From NCBI GenBank assembly GCA_045635825.1, contig JAZTWM010000004.1, forward strand, positions 7,363 through 71,362: a stretch of DNA of 64,000 bases. Direction: 5' to 3'. Shown in pieces: positions 53,057-61,942 of this stretch. Below the pieces are notes generated by a model. That model saw only the letters and a program-made list of their open reading frames with translations, ran no database searches and was not told the origin of the DNA. This DNA comes from Candidatus Enterousia sp. GTDB taxonomy: Bacteria > Pseudomonadota > Alphaproteobacteria > Rs-D84. The translations under genes and the position numbers were made by a program. The stretch's first letter is position 1, and each line of letters opens with the position of its first letter.

Positions 53057-53155
53057 CAGGGTGTCACTTTACAGATAAATATTTATTTGGTTGCCCCCCT
53101 TGCATGGGGGGCAAATGCGTGTTATCATTTCCTTGATAATTATGGGGTTTTTAGT

Positions 53156-54370
53156 ATGCAAAACGAATTGTTGAATGAATTACAGGCACGTGGTTTTATA
53201 AATCAAACATCTAATCTGGATGGTTTGAATGATGCATTGAACGCAGGTAAGATTACAGCATATTTGGGATCTGATCCAACGGCGGATTCGTTGCATGTTG
53301 GGCATTTGGTGCCGGTTATGATGATGCGTTGGTTGCAGAAATATGGTCATCGTCCGATTGCGTTGGTTGGTGGTGCAACGGGGCGTATTGGTGATCCGTC
53401 TGGTCGTGACAGTGGTCGTCCAATGATGACCGAAGATGTTTTGGCAAAAAATGTTGCAGGATTAAAGCGGTCTTTTGCCAAGTTCTTGCGTTTTGATGAT
53501 GCGGAAAATGGCGCGATTATGGTTGACAACTATGATTGGATGCGCGCATACAGTCATTTGGATTTTTTACGTGATTTTGGAACGGACTTTACTGTGCCAC
53601 GTATGTTGTCTATGGATTCTGTAAAACGCAGATTAGATAATGGTATGACGTTTTTGGAGTTTAATTATATGACATTCCAGGCGGTGGATTTCTTGACATT
53701 ATATAAACAGCATAATTGCATCTTGCAGACCTGTGGTGCAGACCAGTGGGGTAATGCGATTATGGGGATTGAACTGGTTCGTAAAAAGTTGGGCAAGGAA
53801 GTATTTGTTTTATCTACGTCACTGATTACAGATGCAAATGGTAACAAGATTGGAAAGTCTGCCGGTAATGCGGTTTGGGTAAATGAAGACAAGACATCTC
53901 CATATGAATATTATCAGTATTTCCGCAATATATCTGATGATTTGGTGGAAAAGTTCTTGAAGATTTTTACCGAGATTCCATTAGATGAAATTGCGCGTTT
54001 GTCTGCATTACAAGGGGCAGAGTTAAATGCAGCCAAGAAGGTATTGGCATTTGCAGCGACCGAGATTGCACATGGTCATGATGCAGCAGTTATGGCACAG
54101 CAGACGGCGGATGCATTATTCGGTGGTGGTGCAAGATTGGAAAATATGCCATCTGTTGAAATTGAAATGTCGGCAGATATGGGCGTATTGGATTTCTTGG
54201 TTGCAGCCGGTTTGTTCCCATCAAAATCCGAAGCCCGTCGTATGGTAGAGCAGGGGGGCATTCAAATTGATGGTACAAAAATCACAGACCCAAAGTTTGT
54301 GGTTGCGGTGGCCGATGAAATTATGGTGCAAAAGGGTAAAAAGACATTCTTGAAAGTGATTAAGAAATAA
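53156..54370 (+). CDS. tyrS: tyrosine--tRNA ligase
   Basis: ATG at 53156 (MQNELLNELQARGFINQ). HIGH-type motif HVGHLVP, KMSKS-type motif KIGKS and a C-terminal S4-like domain. Confidence 0.95.
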   Translation: MQNELLNELQARGFINQTSNLDGLNDALNAGKITAYLGSDPTADSLHVGHLVPVMMMRWLQKYGHRPIALVGGATGRIGDPSGRDSGRPMMTEDVLAKNVAGLKRSFAKFLRFDDAENGAIMVDNYDWMRAYSHLDFLRDFGTDFTVPRMLSMDSVKRRLDNGMTFLEFNYMTFQAVDFLTLYKQHNCILQTCGADQWGNAIMGIELVRKKLGKEVFVLSTSLITDANGNKIGKSAGNAVWVNEDKTSPYEYYQYFRNISDDLVEKFLKIFTEIPLDEIARLSALQGAELNAAKKVLAFAATEIAHGHDAAVMAQQTADALFGGGARLENMPSVEIEMSADMGVLDFLVAAGLFPSKSEARRMVEQGGIQIDGTKITDPKFVVAVADEIMVQKGKKTFLKVIKK

Positions 54371-55443
54371 TGAAGAAAATTGTGGTTATATTTTCTTTGT
54401 TATCTGGGTTTGTGGGACCGTCTTTTGGTGCCAGTGAATTGTCCAAGATAAACGCCCAGATTCGCCAAACAGAACAGCAGAATAAAAAACTGGAACAGCA
54501 GGTAAAAACGTCCGAGCGTGAGGTTTCCAAAACAAAAAAACAGTTGGTTCAGGCGGCCGACAAAGTAAGTTCTTTGGAAGAACAACGCAGTGCCATGGCA
54601 AAAAAAATTGCGGAATTGGATGCACAGCGTGATCGAATAAATCAGGAAATGGATGCGAATCGGGAACGTATCGCAGATGCCGGGGCCAGTATTTTGTTTG
54701 TCGCATCCCACCCCAGTTTTGATACAGATTCAATGCGCGAATATGTGTTGATGTCGGCGGTATTGTCTGGGACGGCACAAATGTTGGATGAACAGGTTCA
54801 ACAGGCGGAAAATCAGATTCGTGAATTGGGACGTATTCGTGATGCACGTGCCATTGAAAAAGAAAAGTTAGACAGAACCGCCAAGAAATACACCAAAGAA
54901 AAAAATCATCTGGATAAATTGTTAAAGACACGCAGTGCGCAAAATGAAAAGTTAAAAAATCAGCATTCGGCATTACAGAAAAAGTTGCGTGATTTATCGG
55001 CACGTGCGAAAAGTATTTCGGAATTGTCCGCCGGTGTCGGCAGTTCCCAGATGTCGGGTGATGCACGTTTTTCCAGACGTAAATTGAACCTGCCGGTTCG
55101 TGGGCGTGTAACGGTGCGATTCGGTGAAAAGACGGCGTTGGGGTTAAAGTCTGATGGGTGGCGTGTTCGCACACGTGGTGATGCGTTGGTTATGGCGCCG
55201 GCGGATGGTGTTGTAAAATTTGCAGACAGTTTTCGTGGCTTTGGTCGTGTGGTTATTATGTCGCATAAAAATGGATATAATACGGTTATGACAAATCTGG
55301 GTGATATTGATGTTATGCTGGAACAGGAAGTCTTGGCCGGTGAACCAATTGGTCGTATGAATCCGGATAAGCCTGAAATGTATCTAGAGGTTCGGCGTGG
55401 CAATAATGCCGTTGATCCGGCACGTTTGTTCAAAGAAGAATAA
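54370..55443 (+). CDS. EnvC-like coiled-coil / degenerate M23 (LytM) domain protein
   Basis: 357 aa with a signal peptide and a long coiled coil. C-terminal LytM-like domain ends in YLEVRRGNNAVDP rather than a His-containing catalytic motif. Start overlaps the tyrS stop (TAATG). Confidence 0.8.
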   Translation: MKKIVVIFSLLSGFVGPSFGASELSKINAQIRQTEQQNKKLEQQVKTSEREVSKTKKQLVQAADKVSSLEEQRSAMAKKIAELDAQRDRINQEMDANRERIADAGASILFVASHPSFDTDSMREYVLMSAVLSGTAQMLDEQVQQAENQIRELGRIRDARAIEKEKLDRTAKKYTKEKNHLDKLLKTRSAQNEKLKNQHSALQKKLRDLSARAKSISELSAGVGSSQMSGDARFSRRKLNLPVRGRVTVRFGEKTALGLKSDGWRVRTRGDALVMAPADGVVKFADSFRGFGRVVIMSHKNGYNTVMTNLGDIDVMLEQEVLAGEPIGRMNPDKPEMYLEVRRGNNAVDPARLFKEE

Positions 55444-55567
55444 TTGGTGTATTTAACTGTTGTAAAAAATGATTTTTCATATTATCATACGTGGTGATAT
55501 GTGGAAATTATGCCAATTAAACCGAAATAATTGTGGTTTGATTTGTAAAGTGAAAGGAGAGTGTAAA

Positions 55568-56275
55568 ATGCAAAAAGTCACTGGGTTTATTCAAAAAAGT
55601 TTGTTGGGGGCGGTGGTTGCTGTCTTGGTCTGTTCTGGAAATGCATATGCGGCGACATGTACGACCGCTAACAGTTCGGCAACATCAAATTGGATAAGTG
55701 TTATGCAGCAAACCACATCAACGGGGTCAACAGGTACAAGTTTATGTACAAGTTATACAACCAAGTATTATAAGTGTGGAACGGCATATTACAAGGTTCA
55801 GGATTGTAATACATGTGGGTCAGGCAGTACAAGAACCTCAACAAACTTTGCATCGGGTTATACAAATACTTATTATATTTGTAAGGCTTCTAGTGTGTCG
55901 CCAGTTTTGCCACCTGTAGCTTTATGTGATCCAGGTGTGGATTGTGGACTACCCCCTGCGGTTTACTGGAGTTCTTTTGGTACTGTGTATCAGCGTAAAA
56001 CTGCATCGAAATGTGATGTCAGCACGGATTGTGAATGGGTGACGGATGGATATGATTATCGGTGTGCGGCGGGGTATTATGGTAGTGCCAATTGTACAGG
56101 GACCACTTCATCAACATGTAGTGGGTGCAGTCGCTGTGAGCCTAAAGATGGAATATATGGCACATCTGCGGCGGGCAGTGATGCGAAAACCGATTGTTAC
56201 ATAAGTTCATCAACCAGTCTCACCAACACCACGGGTACGTATAAGTTTATCAGTAATTGTTATTACACCAATTAA
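55568..56275 (+). CDS. secreted Cys- and S/T/Y-rich protein (member K)
   Basis: ATG at 55568 with RBS AAGGAG gives MQKVTGFIQKSLLGAVVAVLVCSGNAYA. Contains YRCAAGYYGSANCTGTTSSTCSGCSRCEP, like the C-terminal repeats of member D. Confidence 0.7.
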   Translation: MQKVTGFIQKSLLGAVVAVLVCSGNAYAATCTTANSSATSNWISVMQQTTSTGSTGTSLCTSYTTKYYKCGTAYYKVQDCNTCGSGSTRTSTNFASGYTNTYYICKASSVSPVLPPVALCDPGVDCGLPPAVYWSSFGTVYQRKTASKCDVSTDCEWVTDGYDYRCAAGYYGSANCTGTTSSTCSGCSRCEPKDGIYGTSAAGSDAKTDCYISSSTSLTNTTGTYKFISNCYYTN

Positions 56276-56278
56276 AAA

Positions 56279-56310
56279 TATCCCCACGTTTTGTGGGGGT
56301 ATTTGTTGTA
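56279..56310 (+). terminator. rho-independent terminator-like hairpin
   Basis: CCCCAC-GTTTT-GTGGGG followed by a T-rich tract. Confidence 0.6.
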
Positions 56311-56336
56311 AAAAACCGCCGATTGGCGGTTTTTTA
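56309..56336. terminator. bidirectional hairpin terminator
   Basis: A6, ACCGCC-GATT-GGCGGT, T6. The 16-nt core is identical to the one at 59069-59084. Confidence 0.85.
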
Positions 56337-56852
56337 TTTTGCAACAATAACCATTGCAGTTCGCAGAACGGTGTCGCCGAACATGTATCCGGTTTGCATT
56401 TCGTCCACAATTGTATTTGGGGTGGCGTCTGGTGATTCAACAACCTGAATCGCATTGTGAAACATTGGGTTTAATGGTTCGCCAATCGATTCGATTTTTG
56501 TAATGCCAATCTGTGCAAATGCGGATTCCAATGCACGTGCCATTGACTGAATGCCGGCATCGTCTGGGGCGTGTTTCAAGGCGGCGTTTACCGCATCCAT
56601 CACCGGCAGGATTTTTTCCGCCACACCCATTGCACGATTGCGTGCACGTGATTCGGCGTCCAATGCACTGCGACGGCGTGTGTTTTCCAGTTCTGCCACC
56701 GCACGCATGTATTTGTCATTCATATCCGCCAGTTGGGCAGTTAAACTTTCGATTTCTGGATTTATATCCGGTGTGGTTACATCTGGTGTCACATCGTCAA
56801 CAGATACAGATTCTATTTTTACTTCTTTGTCTTTGTTCATACCGTTTCCCAT
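56334..56852 (-). CDS. grpE: nucleotide exchange factor GrpE
   Basis: 172 aa: KYMRAVAELENTRRRSALDAESRARNRAMGVAEKILPVMDAVNAAL and C-terminal GYMFGDTVLRTAMVIVAK. Confidence 0.92.
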   Translation of the reverse strand: MGNGMNKDKEVKIESVSVDDVTPDVTTPDINPEIESLTAQLADMNDKYMRAVAELENTRRRSALDAESRARNRAMGVAEKILPVMDAVNAALKHAPDDAGIQSMARALESAFAQIGITKIESIGEPLNPMFHNAIQVVESPDATPNTIVDEMQTGYMFGDTVLRTAMVIVAK

Positions 56853-56876
56853 TTTGTTCGTGTTTATAGCATATAT

Positions 56877-57581
56877 TTATTTAACACTGGTTATTATAGG
56901 TATGAAATCGTCGCTTTTCAAGGATGCACCGCCAACCAATACGCCATCAACATTTGGAATTGACATGATTTCGTTGGCATTGTTGCCTTTGACTGATGCA
57001 CCGTACAGTACAGGTGTGCCACCCAAGCCCATGTCGGTCAATGTGTTTGCGATTAATGTGTGGGCGGTGGCGATTTCTTCGGTCGTTGGGGTGATGCCGG
57101 CACCAATTGCCCAACGTGGTTCGTATGCAATGATAATATCTGTGTCAATATTTGCAGGCACAGATTCACGTACGCCCGATTCGATTATTTCCATTGTTTT
57201 GCCGGCTTGCTTTTCATCCATTGTTTCGCCAACGCATATAATTGGTGTCAGGCCGTTCGCAATTGCATGTTCTGCCTTTTGGCGGACGGTGTCATTTGTG
57301 TCGCCATGATATTGACGGCATTCGCTGTGACCAATAATAACATATTTTGCACCGGTGCTTGCGACCATTTGGGCGGATACTTCGCCTGTAAAGGCACCGC
57401 TGGTGTGGGTGCTGATGTCTTGGGCACCAATTGCAACATGGTCGTTGCCACTGCACAGCATTGTGTATGGTACACATAAAATTATGCGATTATTTGTTTG
57501 GATTTTCATCAGGTCGTTCAGCATTGTTTCCAGGCCATCACGTGAACCGTTCATTTTCCAGTTTCCTGCAATAATTTTCAT
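56877..57581 (-). CDS. tpiA: triose-phosphate isomerase
   Basis: ATG at 57581 (RBS AGGGGAA) gives MKIIAGNWKMNGS. Also IIGHSECR, YEPRWAIGAG and GGASL motifs. Confidence 0.95.
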   Translation of the reverse strand: MKIIAGNWKMNGSRDGLETMLNDLMKIQTNNRIILCVPYTMLCSGNDHVAIGAQDISTHTSGAFTGEVSAQMVASTGAKYVIIGHSECRQYHGDTNDTVRQKAEHAIANGLTPIICVGETMDEKQAGKTMEIIESGVRESVPANIDTDIIIAYEPRWAIGAGITPTTEEIATAHTLIANTLTDMGLGGTPVLYGASVKGNNANEIMSIPNVDGVLVGGASLKSDDFIPIITSVK

Positions 57582-57650
57582 AAGTATTTCCCCTTTTTTT
57601 ATTTGCATTTTATTGTATCGTTTTGCTATGGTAACGCAAAAGGGGAATAA

Positions 57651-59063
57651 ATGCTAGAATATTTAAGAAATGCATCAGAAAAGCCAATTGCCAAGATTTT
57701 GATTAGTGTTTTGGCTTTTTCTTTCGTGGGGTGGGGCGTTGCCGAATGGATTTTTGGTGGTGTCACAGGTGATAATACACTGTTAAATGTTGGGGATGCG
57801 GAAATCTCTGCACAGCAGTTTAATGCAGAAAAATCACGTGAATTGGCACAGTTGTCACGTGAACAACAGCGTGATATATATACTGATGCCGGTACACAGA
57901 ACGCTTTTGCACAGCAGGTGATGACCAAGATTGCAACCCAGCAGATGGTTCAAAATCGTGCAAGTGATTTGGGCTTTGTGGTCAGCGATAAACGAATCGC
58001 ACGTGAAATTCGTGATTATCCAGAGTTTCAGGTCAATGGTCAGTTTTCAACATTGGCGTTTGATAGGGTTTTGAATAATTCCGGATATACAGAAGCCCAG
58101 TTTGCAGACGTTCTGCGTTCTCAGGTTTTGCGTTCAATGGTATTGGGTGCCATGTCTGCGTCTGTGCCTGTGCCAGATTTTGCAGTGCGTGCAGCGTATG
58201 ATGCACGTTATGGTTCACGTGAAATTGAATATGCAACGGTTAAATTCGATGATTTCAAGATTGCAAAACCAACCGATGATCAGTTAAAGGATTTTTATAA
58301 GCAGAATCCACAAACAGTGCCAGAGGTGCGTACTGTATCCTATGTATTTATACCGGCAGAAATGTCACAGCCAGATAAATATGATGCAGGTTATGCGACC
58401 GCGGTCAAGGTAGAAGATGACATTATCGCAGGTGAAACAATGGCGGACGCTGCAAAAAAGCATGGTGCAAAATATGTTGCGTTGCCTGCATTTGGTCGTG
58501 ACAAGCGTCCTGTGGACAAGGTGTTGACCGATAAAATGGTTGCAAAAATCTTTGACATGGATGCAGGCTTGGAAAGTGAGATGATTGAGACCAATGACGG
58601 ATTTGTTTTTGTTCGTGTTGATAAGGTTGTGCCAGCACACGTCGCAGACTTTGAAAGTGTAAAGAAGTCTTTGGTTGCGGACTGGGTTCGTGCTGAACAG
58701 AAAAAGCAAGCCTATGTTCGTGCCAATGAAATGTTGGTTGATTGGAAAAAAGATGGCAGTTTGGCAAATAAAAAGAATGCAACTGTATCACGTACCAAGG
58801 GTGCACCAACCGAATTGTTGGTTGCGGCATTCCGTGGTGATATAGATGCCAAATCCATTGTGCCTGCAACAGATGCGTTTTATGTCTTTAATGTGACCAA
58901 GACGGTTGCACCATCGGTTGATGATAAAAAAATGGCAGAATTACGTAAAGAAATGCAGAATATGAGTGATACAGGTGTTAAGGATGATTATAATTCTTTC
59001 TTGATGCGTTTGTATCCAGTTCAGGTAAACGAAAAGGTATTTAATCGTTACTTTGCGAATTAA
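57651..59063 (+). CDS. PpiD-like periplasmic chaperone (SurA-N-domain protein), membrane-anchored
   Basis: 470 aa. MLEYLRNASEKPIAKILISVLAFSFVGWGV is a PpiD-type N-terminus with a TM anchor. I did not recognise an obvious parvulin catalytic domain. Confidence 0.7.
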   Translation: MLEYLRNASEKPIAKILISVLAFSFVGWGVAEWIFGGVTGDNTLLNVGDAEISAQQFNAEKSRELAQLSREQQRDIYTDAGTQNAFAQQVMTKIATQQMVQNRASDLGFVVSDKRIAREIRDYPEFQVNGQFSTLAFDRVLNNSGYTEAQFADVLRSQVLRSMVLGAMSASVPVPDFAVRAAYDARYGSREIEYATVKFDDFKIAKPTDDQLKDFYKQNPQTVPEVRTVSYVFIPAEMSQPDKYDAGYATAVKVEDDIIAGETMADAAKKHGAKYVALPAFGRDKRPVDKVLTDKMVAKIFDMDAGLESEMIETNDGFVFVRVDKVVPAHVADFESVKKSLVADWVRAEQKKQAYVRANEMLVDWKKDGSLANKKNATVSRTKGAPTELLVAAFRGDIDAKSIVPATDAFYVFNVTKTVAPSVDDKKMAELRKEMQNMSDTGVKDDYNSFLMRLYPVQVNEKVFNRYFAN

Positions 59064-59090
59064 AAAAAACCGCCGATTGGCGGTTTTTTT
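59062..59090. terminator. bidirectional hairpin terminator
   Basis: A8, ACCGCC-GATT-GGCGGT, T7. Confidence 0.85.
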
Positions 59091-59096
59091 AATTTG

Positions 59097-59306
59097 TTAA
59101 CGTTGGTTTTCTTGTTCTTTTGCCCTGTGTTTTGCTTTGCGTTGTGCAAAAGATGCTTTTAGTTTTGCAATGCCGTTCATTATTTTATCCAGTGTGCTTG
59201 GCTCTGCAAACCAACGTTCTTCGCGTTTTTGTGCGTGTTCCAGTTTTTTTGCGGTTATTTTATCTAGTTTTTCTGCCAAATCACTATTTGTTCTTTTGTT
59301 TGTCAT
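59097..59306 (-). CDS. small basic coiled-coil protein (69 aa)
   Basis: Strong RBS AAGGAG 9 nt upstream of the ATG. Lies 27 nt downstream of the VirB11-like gene on the same strand. Confidence 0.6.
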   Translation of the reverse strand: MTNKRTNSDLAEKLDKITAKKLEHAQKREERWFAEPSTLDKIMNGIAKLKASFAQRKAKHRAKEQENQR

Positions 59307-59332
59307 TGGTTTAATCTCCTTTGATTTGTGTC

Positions 59333-60292
59333 TTATACCACTTCGGTTACGGCACGTAATGCGCCGTCACGTGATAATTGAACAACACGTATTTTCTTGC
59401 GCATTTCTGTCATTAAATCTGTTCGGTTGTATGCAGGTTGGGTATGCAGGATTCTGTCCGCAAAGGCAGCGTATGCGGCATCTGCGCTTTCTGCGTGGAT
59501 GGTTGTATAGAAATGATCGTGACCCGTTCCCAACATTTCCCACAGTATTGATGCGTTGTCTGTTGATATTTCGCCACCAATAATAACGTCTGGGGTCATG
59601 CGTACGACCAAGTCCAGTAATCGTGCATAATTAAAATCGTTGTTTTGTTGTGTTCGTGACAGCAGGAAATGTACACGATTTGCCTGGGGAACACGAATTT
59701 CACGTGCGTCTTCGACTGTGATAACACGACTATTTTTATCAATCAGTGTCAGCATGTGGTTCAAGAATGTTGTCTTACCCGTTGCCGTTGCACCAGATAT
59801 CAAGATAGGACTGCCGTCATTAATGGCGCTCATCAATCGTTCGTATGGGTCGTCTGGGCGTATGTTGTCACGTGGTTTGACCTTTAATAATTCATGGCCA
59901 CGACGCAGGTGATAGTTTTCAAAACTGGTGTCATGGGCATTACCACCACGAATGTTTAGGGCAACGCCACCGGTAACGTCACGTTCGTCATACTGGACAT
60001 TTGGGCCTGCAATTGCGGAAAAACGGTGATTGCCCGGTAGTGTTGCGTATACAACAGGTATCCCATGGATGGGATCAAAAGGCTGCTCATAAATATTTGC
60101 AACGGTGTGTATCAGGTCAATTAAATACTGTTTGCTTAATTTTTCTGCCTGGTATGGGGCCCATGGTACGCGTGAACCATGCAGACGCATCCATACTTCG
60201 CCCGCATGATTGATGGCGATTTCTTCTACGAACGATGGTTTGTAGAACTCTTCCAATGGGGCCAGTAAAGATTCTAGGACTACATTTGACAT
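59333..60292 (-). CDS. virB11: VirB11/TrbB-family type IV secretion ATPase
   Basis: First ATG at 60292 (MSNVVLESLLAPLEEFYK...); the ORF-track start 60331 is TTG. EEIAINHAGEVWM, Walker A ISGATATGKTT, VITVEDAREI, RMTPDVIIGGEI and GHDHFYTTIHAES. Confidence 0.85.
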   Translation of the reverse strand: MSNVVLESLLAPLEEFYKPSFVEEIAINHAGEVWMRLHGSRVPWAPYQAEKLSKQYLIDLIHTVANIYEQPFDPIHGIPVVYATLPGNHRFSAIAGPNVQYDERDVTGGVALNIRGGNAHDTSFENYHLRRGHELLKVKPRDNIRPDDPYERLMSAINDGSPILISGATATGKTTFLNHMLTLIDKNSRVITVEDAREIRVPQANRVHFLLSRTQQNNDFNYARLLDLVVRMTPDVIIGGEISTDNASILWEMLGTGHDHFYTTIHAESADAAYAAFADRILHTQPAYNRTDLMTEMRKKIRVVQLSRDGALRAVTEVV

Positions 60293-60372
60293 ATTTATCT
60301 TGATTTTATCATAAATCGTGACTTGAATCAAAATGCTTTATTTGTTAAAATAATAAAAAAGAGAGATTGGAT

Positions 60373-60933
60373 ATGAAAAAGTCTTTGTTGTTCTTGATTT
60401 TGGGTGCCTTGGTAATGGGTGGCTGCATGAATGGTGATGTGCCGTATAATGAGGCAGATTTTGCACATGGTGGTGAAGATGCACCTTTGTATAATGAACG
60501 AACCAGTACTTTTATGCAGGCAGATAATCAGTATTCTAATATCGATTCGTATAAGCCTAAAACAAGTGAAGAAAAAGAAAGAAATTCAAATCGTTGGAAT
60601 ACCGCACGTATGGAAACACGCTGGCAAGAATACAAGGGGACAATGGTTCGTGTGCAGATCTTGTTGGGTAATACTGATTTGCGTGAAATGCGTTTGCGTT
60701 TGATGCAGAATGCAGATGGTATGGATGTTGATGGCGATTCGCGTACCGTCTTGGGCGAGGTTGCAGACTATGAAATGAAGCGTGTTTGTGGACGTAACGC
60801 AGATAGTATTGTTATGGTGTATGATAGACCGTCTTTTGATGTTATGCGACCAACACCATATTTTGACTATAGAATTGAAGCCGAAGGTGCCACAATGCGT
60901 GAGTATGGTTTCAGATGTGTTTACAATAAATAA
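60373..60933 (+). CDS. putative lipoprotein
   Basis: MKKSLLFLILGALVMGGC lipobox; no recognisable domain. Confidence 0.65.
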   Translation: MKKSLLFLILGALVMGGCMNGDVPYNEADFAHGGEDAPLYNERTSTFMQADNQYSNIDSYKPKTSEEKERNSNRWNTARMETRWQEYKGTMVRVQILLGNTDLREMRLRLMQNADGMDVDGDSRTVLGEVADYEMKRVCGRNADSIVMVYDRPSFDVMRPTPYFDYRIEAEGATMREYGFRCVYNK

Positions 60934-60954
60934 CAAAAACAAAAAGGGTGAAAA

Positions 60955-61287
60955 ATGAAAAAAGTTGTATCTATTATGGGCATCTGTGCAATGTTGGGTT
61001 TGACAGGTTGTGGTGAAAAAACACCTGTTGCAGAAAATGGTGACACAGTTGTTATTAACTTCTCGGGTTTCTTGGATGGTGTTCAGTTCCCAGGTGGTAC
61101 TGCAGAAAACTTTGCCTTGAAATTGGGTAGCGGTCAATTTGTCCCAGGTTTTGAGGATCAGGTTATTGGTATGGCCGAAGGTGAAGAACGTGATATTAAC
61201 ATCACATTCCCAGAACAGTATGTAGAAGGTTTGGCAGGTAAGGCAGTTGTCTTTAAAGTCAAGGTTGTAGATATTGTAGAAAAATAA
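60955..61287 (+). CDS. FKBP-type peptidyl-prolyl isomerase, lipoprotein, trigger-factor-like PPIase domain
   Basis: 110 aa with lipobox [83 protein letters not shown] closely follows the trigger-factor PPIase pattern. Confidence 0.85.
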   Translation: MKKVVSIMGICAMLGLTGCGEKTPVAENGDTVVINFSGFLDGVQFPGGTAENFALKLGSGQFVPGFEDQVIGMAEGEERDINITFPEQYVEGLAGKAVVFKVKVVDIVEK

Positions 61288-61293
61288 ATGTTT

Positions 61294-61322
61294 ATCCCCG
61301 ATGAAAATCGGGGATTTTTTTT
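61294..61322 (+). terminator. rho-independent terminator
   Basis: ATCCCCGAT-GAAA-ATCGGGGAT followed by T8. Confidence 0.85.
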
Positions 61323-61330
61323 GAGTTTGT

Positions 61331-61362
61331 AAAAAAAAATACCGACATTGTCGGTATTTTTT
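61331..61362 (-). terminator. rho-independent terminator after ssb
   Basis: TACCGAC-loop-GTCGGTA followed by T9 on the minus strand. Confidence 0.8.
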
Positions 61363-61366
61363 ATCC

Positions 61367-61825
61367 TTAGAATGGGATGTCGTCACCAATATCGGCAGGG
61401 GATATTTCTTCGCGTGGTGCGGATACAGGTGCAGGTGATGATACATATTCGCCACCCATGCCATCAATTGTTTTTGCACCGCTTAAAATTACCATTTGGC
61501 CGCCAAATGGGTTCAATACAACTTCGGTTGTGTAAACGTCTGCACCAGATTGGTTTTGCCATTTGCGTGTACGCAGGGAACCTTCTAGGTATAATTTTGT
61601 GCCTTTTTGTAACATGCGTTCTGCGACTTCAACCAGGTTTGGGTTAAAGATTACAACACGATGCCATTCTGTTTGTTCTTTTTGTTCGCCACTGGTGCGG
61701 TCACGCCAGCGATCAGATGTTGCCAAAGAAAAACTGACAACCTTTTGGCCGCTGCCCATTGTGCGTGTTTGTGGTTCTTGGCCAATATTGCCGACCAAGA
61801 TGACTTTATTGATACTGCCTGCCAT
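61367..61825 (-). CDS. ssb: single-stranded DNA-binding protein
   Basis: 152 aa: MAGSINKVILVGNIGQEPQTR..., TEWHRVVIF and acidic tip DDIPF. Confidence 0.95.
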   Translation of the reverse strand: MAGSINKVILVGNIGQEPQTRTMGSGQKVVSFSLATSDRWRDRTSGEQKEQTEWHRVVIFNPNLVEVAERMLQKGTKLYLEGSLRTRKWQNQSGADVYTTEVVLNPFGGQMVILSGAKTIDGMGGEYVSSPAPVSAPREEISPADIGDDIPF

Positions 61826-61942
61826 TTTCGCTTCCTTTTAGTTTTATTTCGTATGTTATGATTTGACCAAGAATCCCCGTAAAAAGCAAGTTTTTTTTAC
61901 GGGGTGTTGGATTTTGCTATTCCTGTTTTGGCTTGGCGTATT

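Noticed and set aside
53088-53115. Hairpin TTGCCCCCC-TTGCAT-GGGGGGCAA upstream of tyrS as a T-box or attenuator
   Set aside because: There is no specifier loop or T-box sequence and no following T-run. At 28 nt it is far too short for a T-box leader. It is probably just a stem-loop ending the preceding small-gene cluster.
54386-55174. 262-aa minus-strand ORF
   Set aside because: It is antisense to the EnvC-like gene. The product is His/Pro/Thr-rich and resembles no known protein. The plus-strand frame has a signal peptide, a coiled coil and a LytM domain.
56551-57309. 252-aa plus-strand ORF
   Set aside because: It is antisense to grpE and tpiA, both confidently identified, and spans their intergenic region. 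It is a shadow ORF.
60586-61479. 297-aa minus-strand ORF spanning the lipoprotein and FKBP genes
   Set aside because: It is antisense to two plus-strand genes with good signals (lipoboxes, trigger-factor-type FKBP domain). It crosses two terminators and the ssb 3' end. Its product is low-complexity (C/H/T/F/N-rich) with no RBS. It is a shadow ORF.
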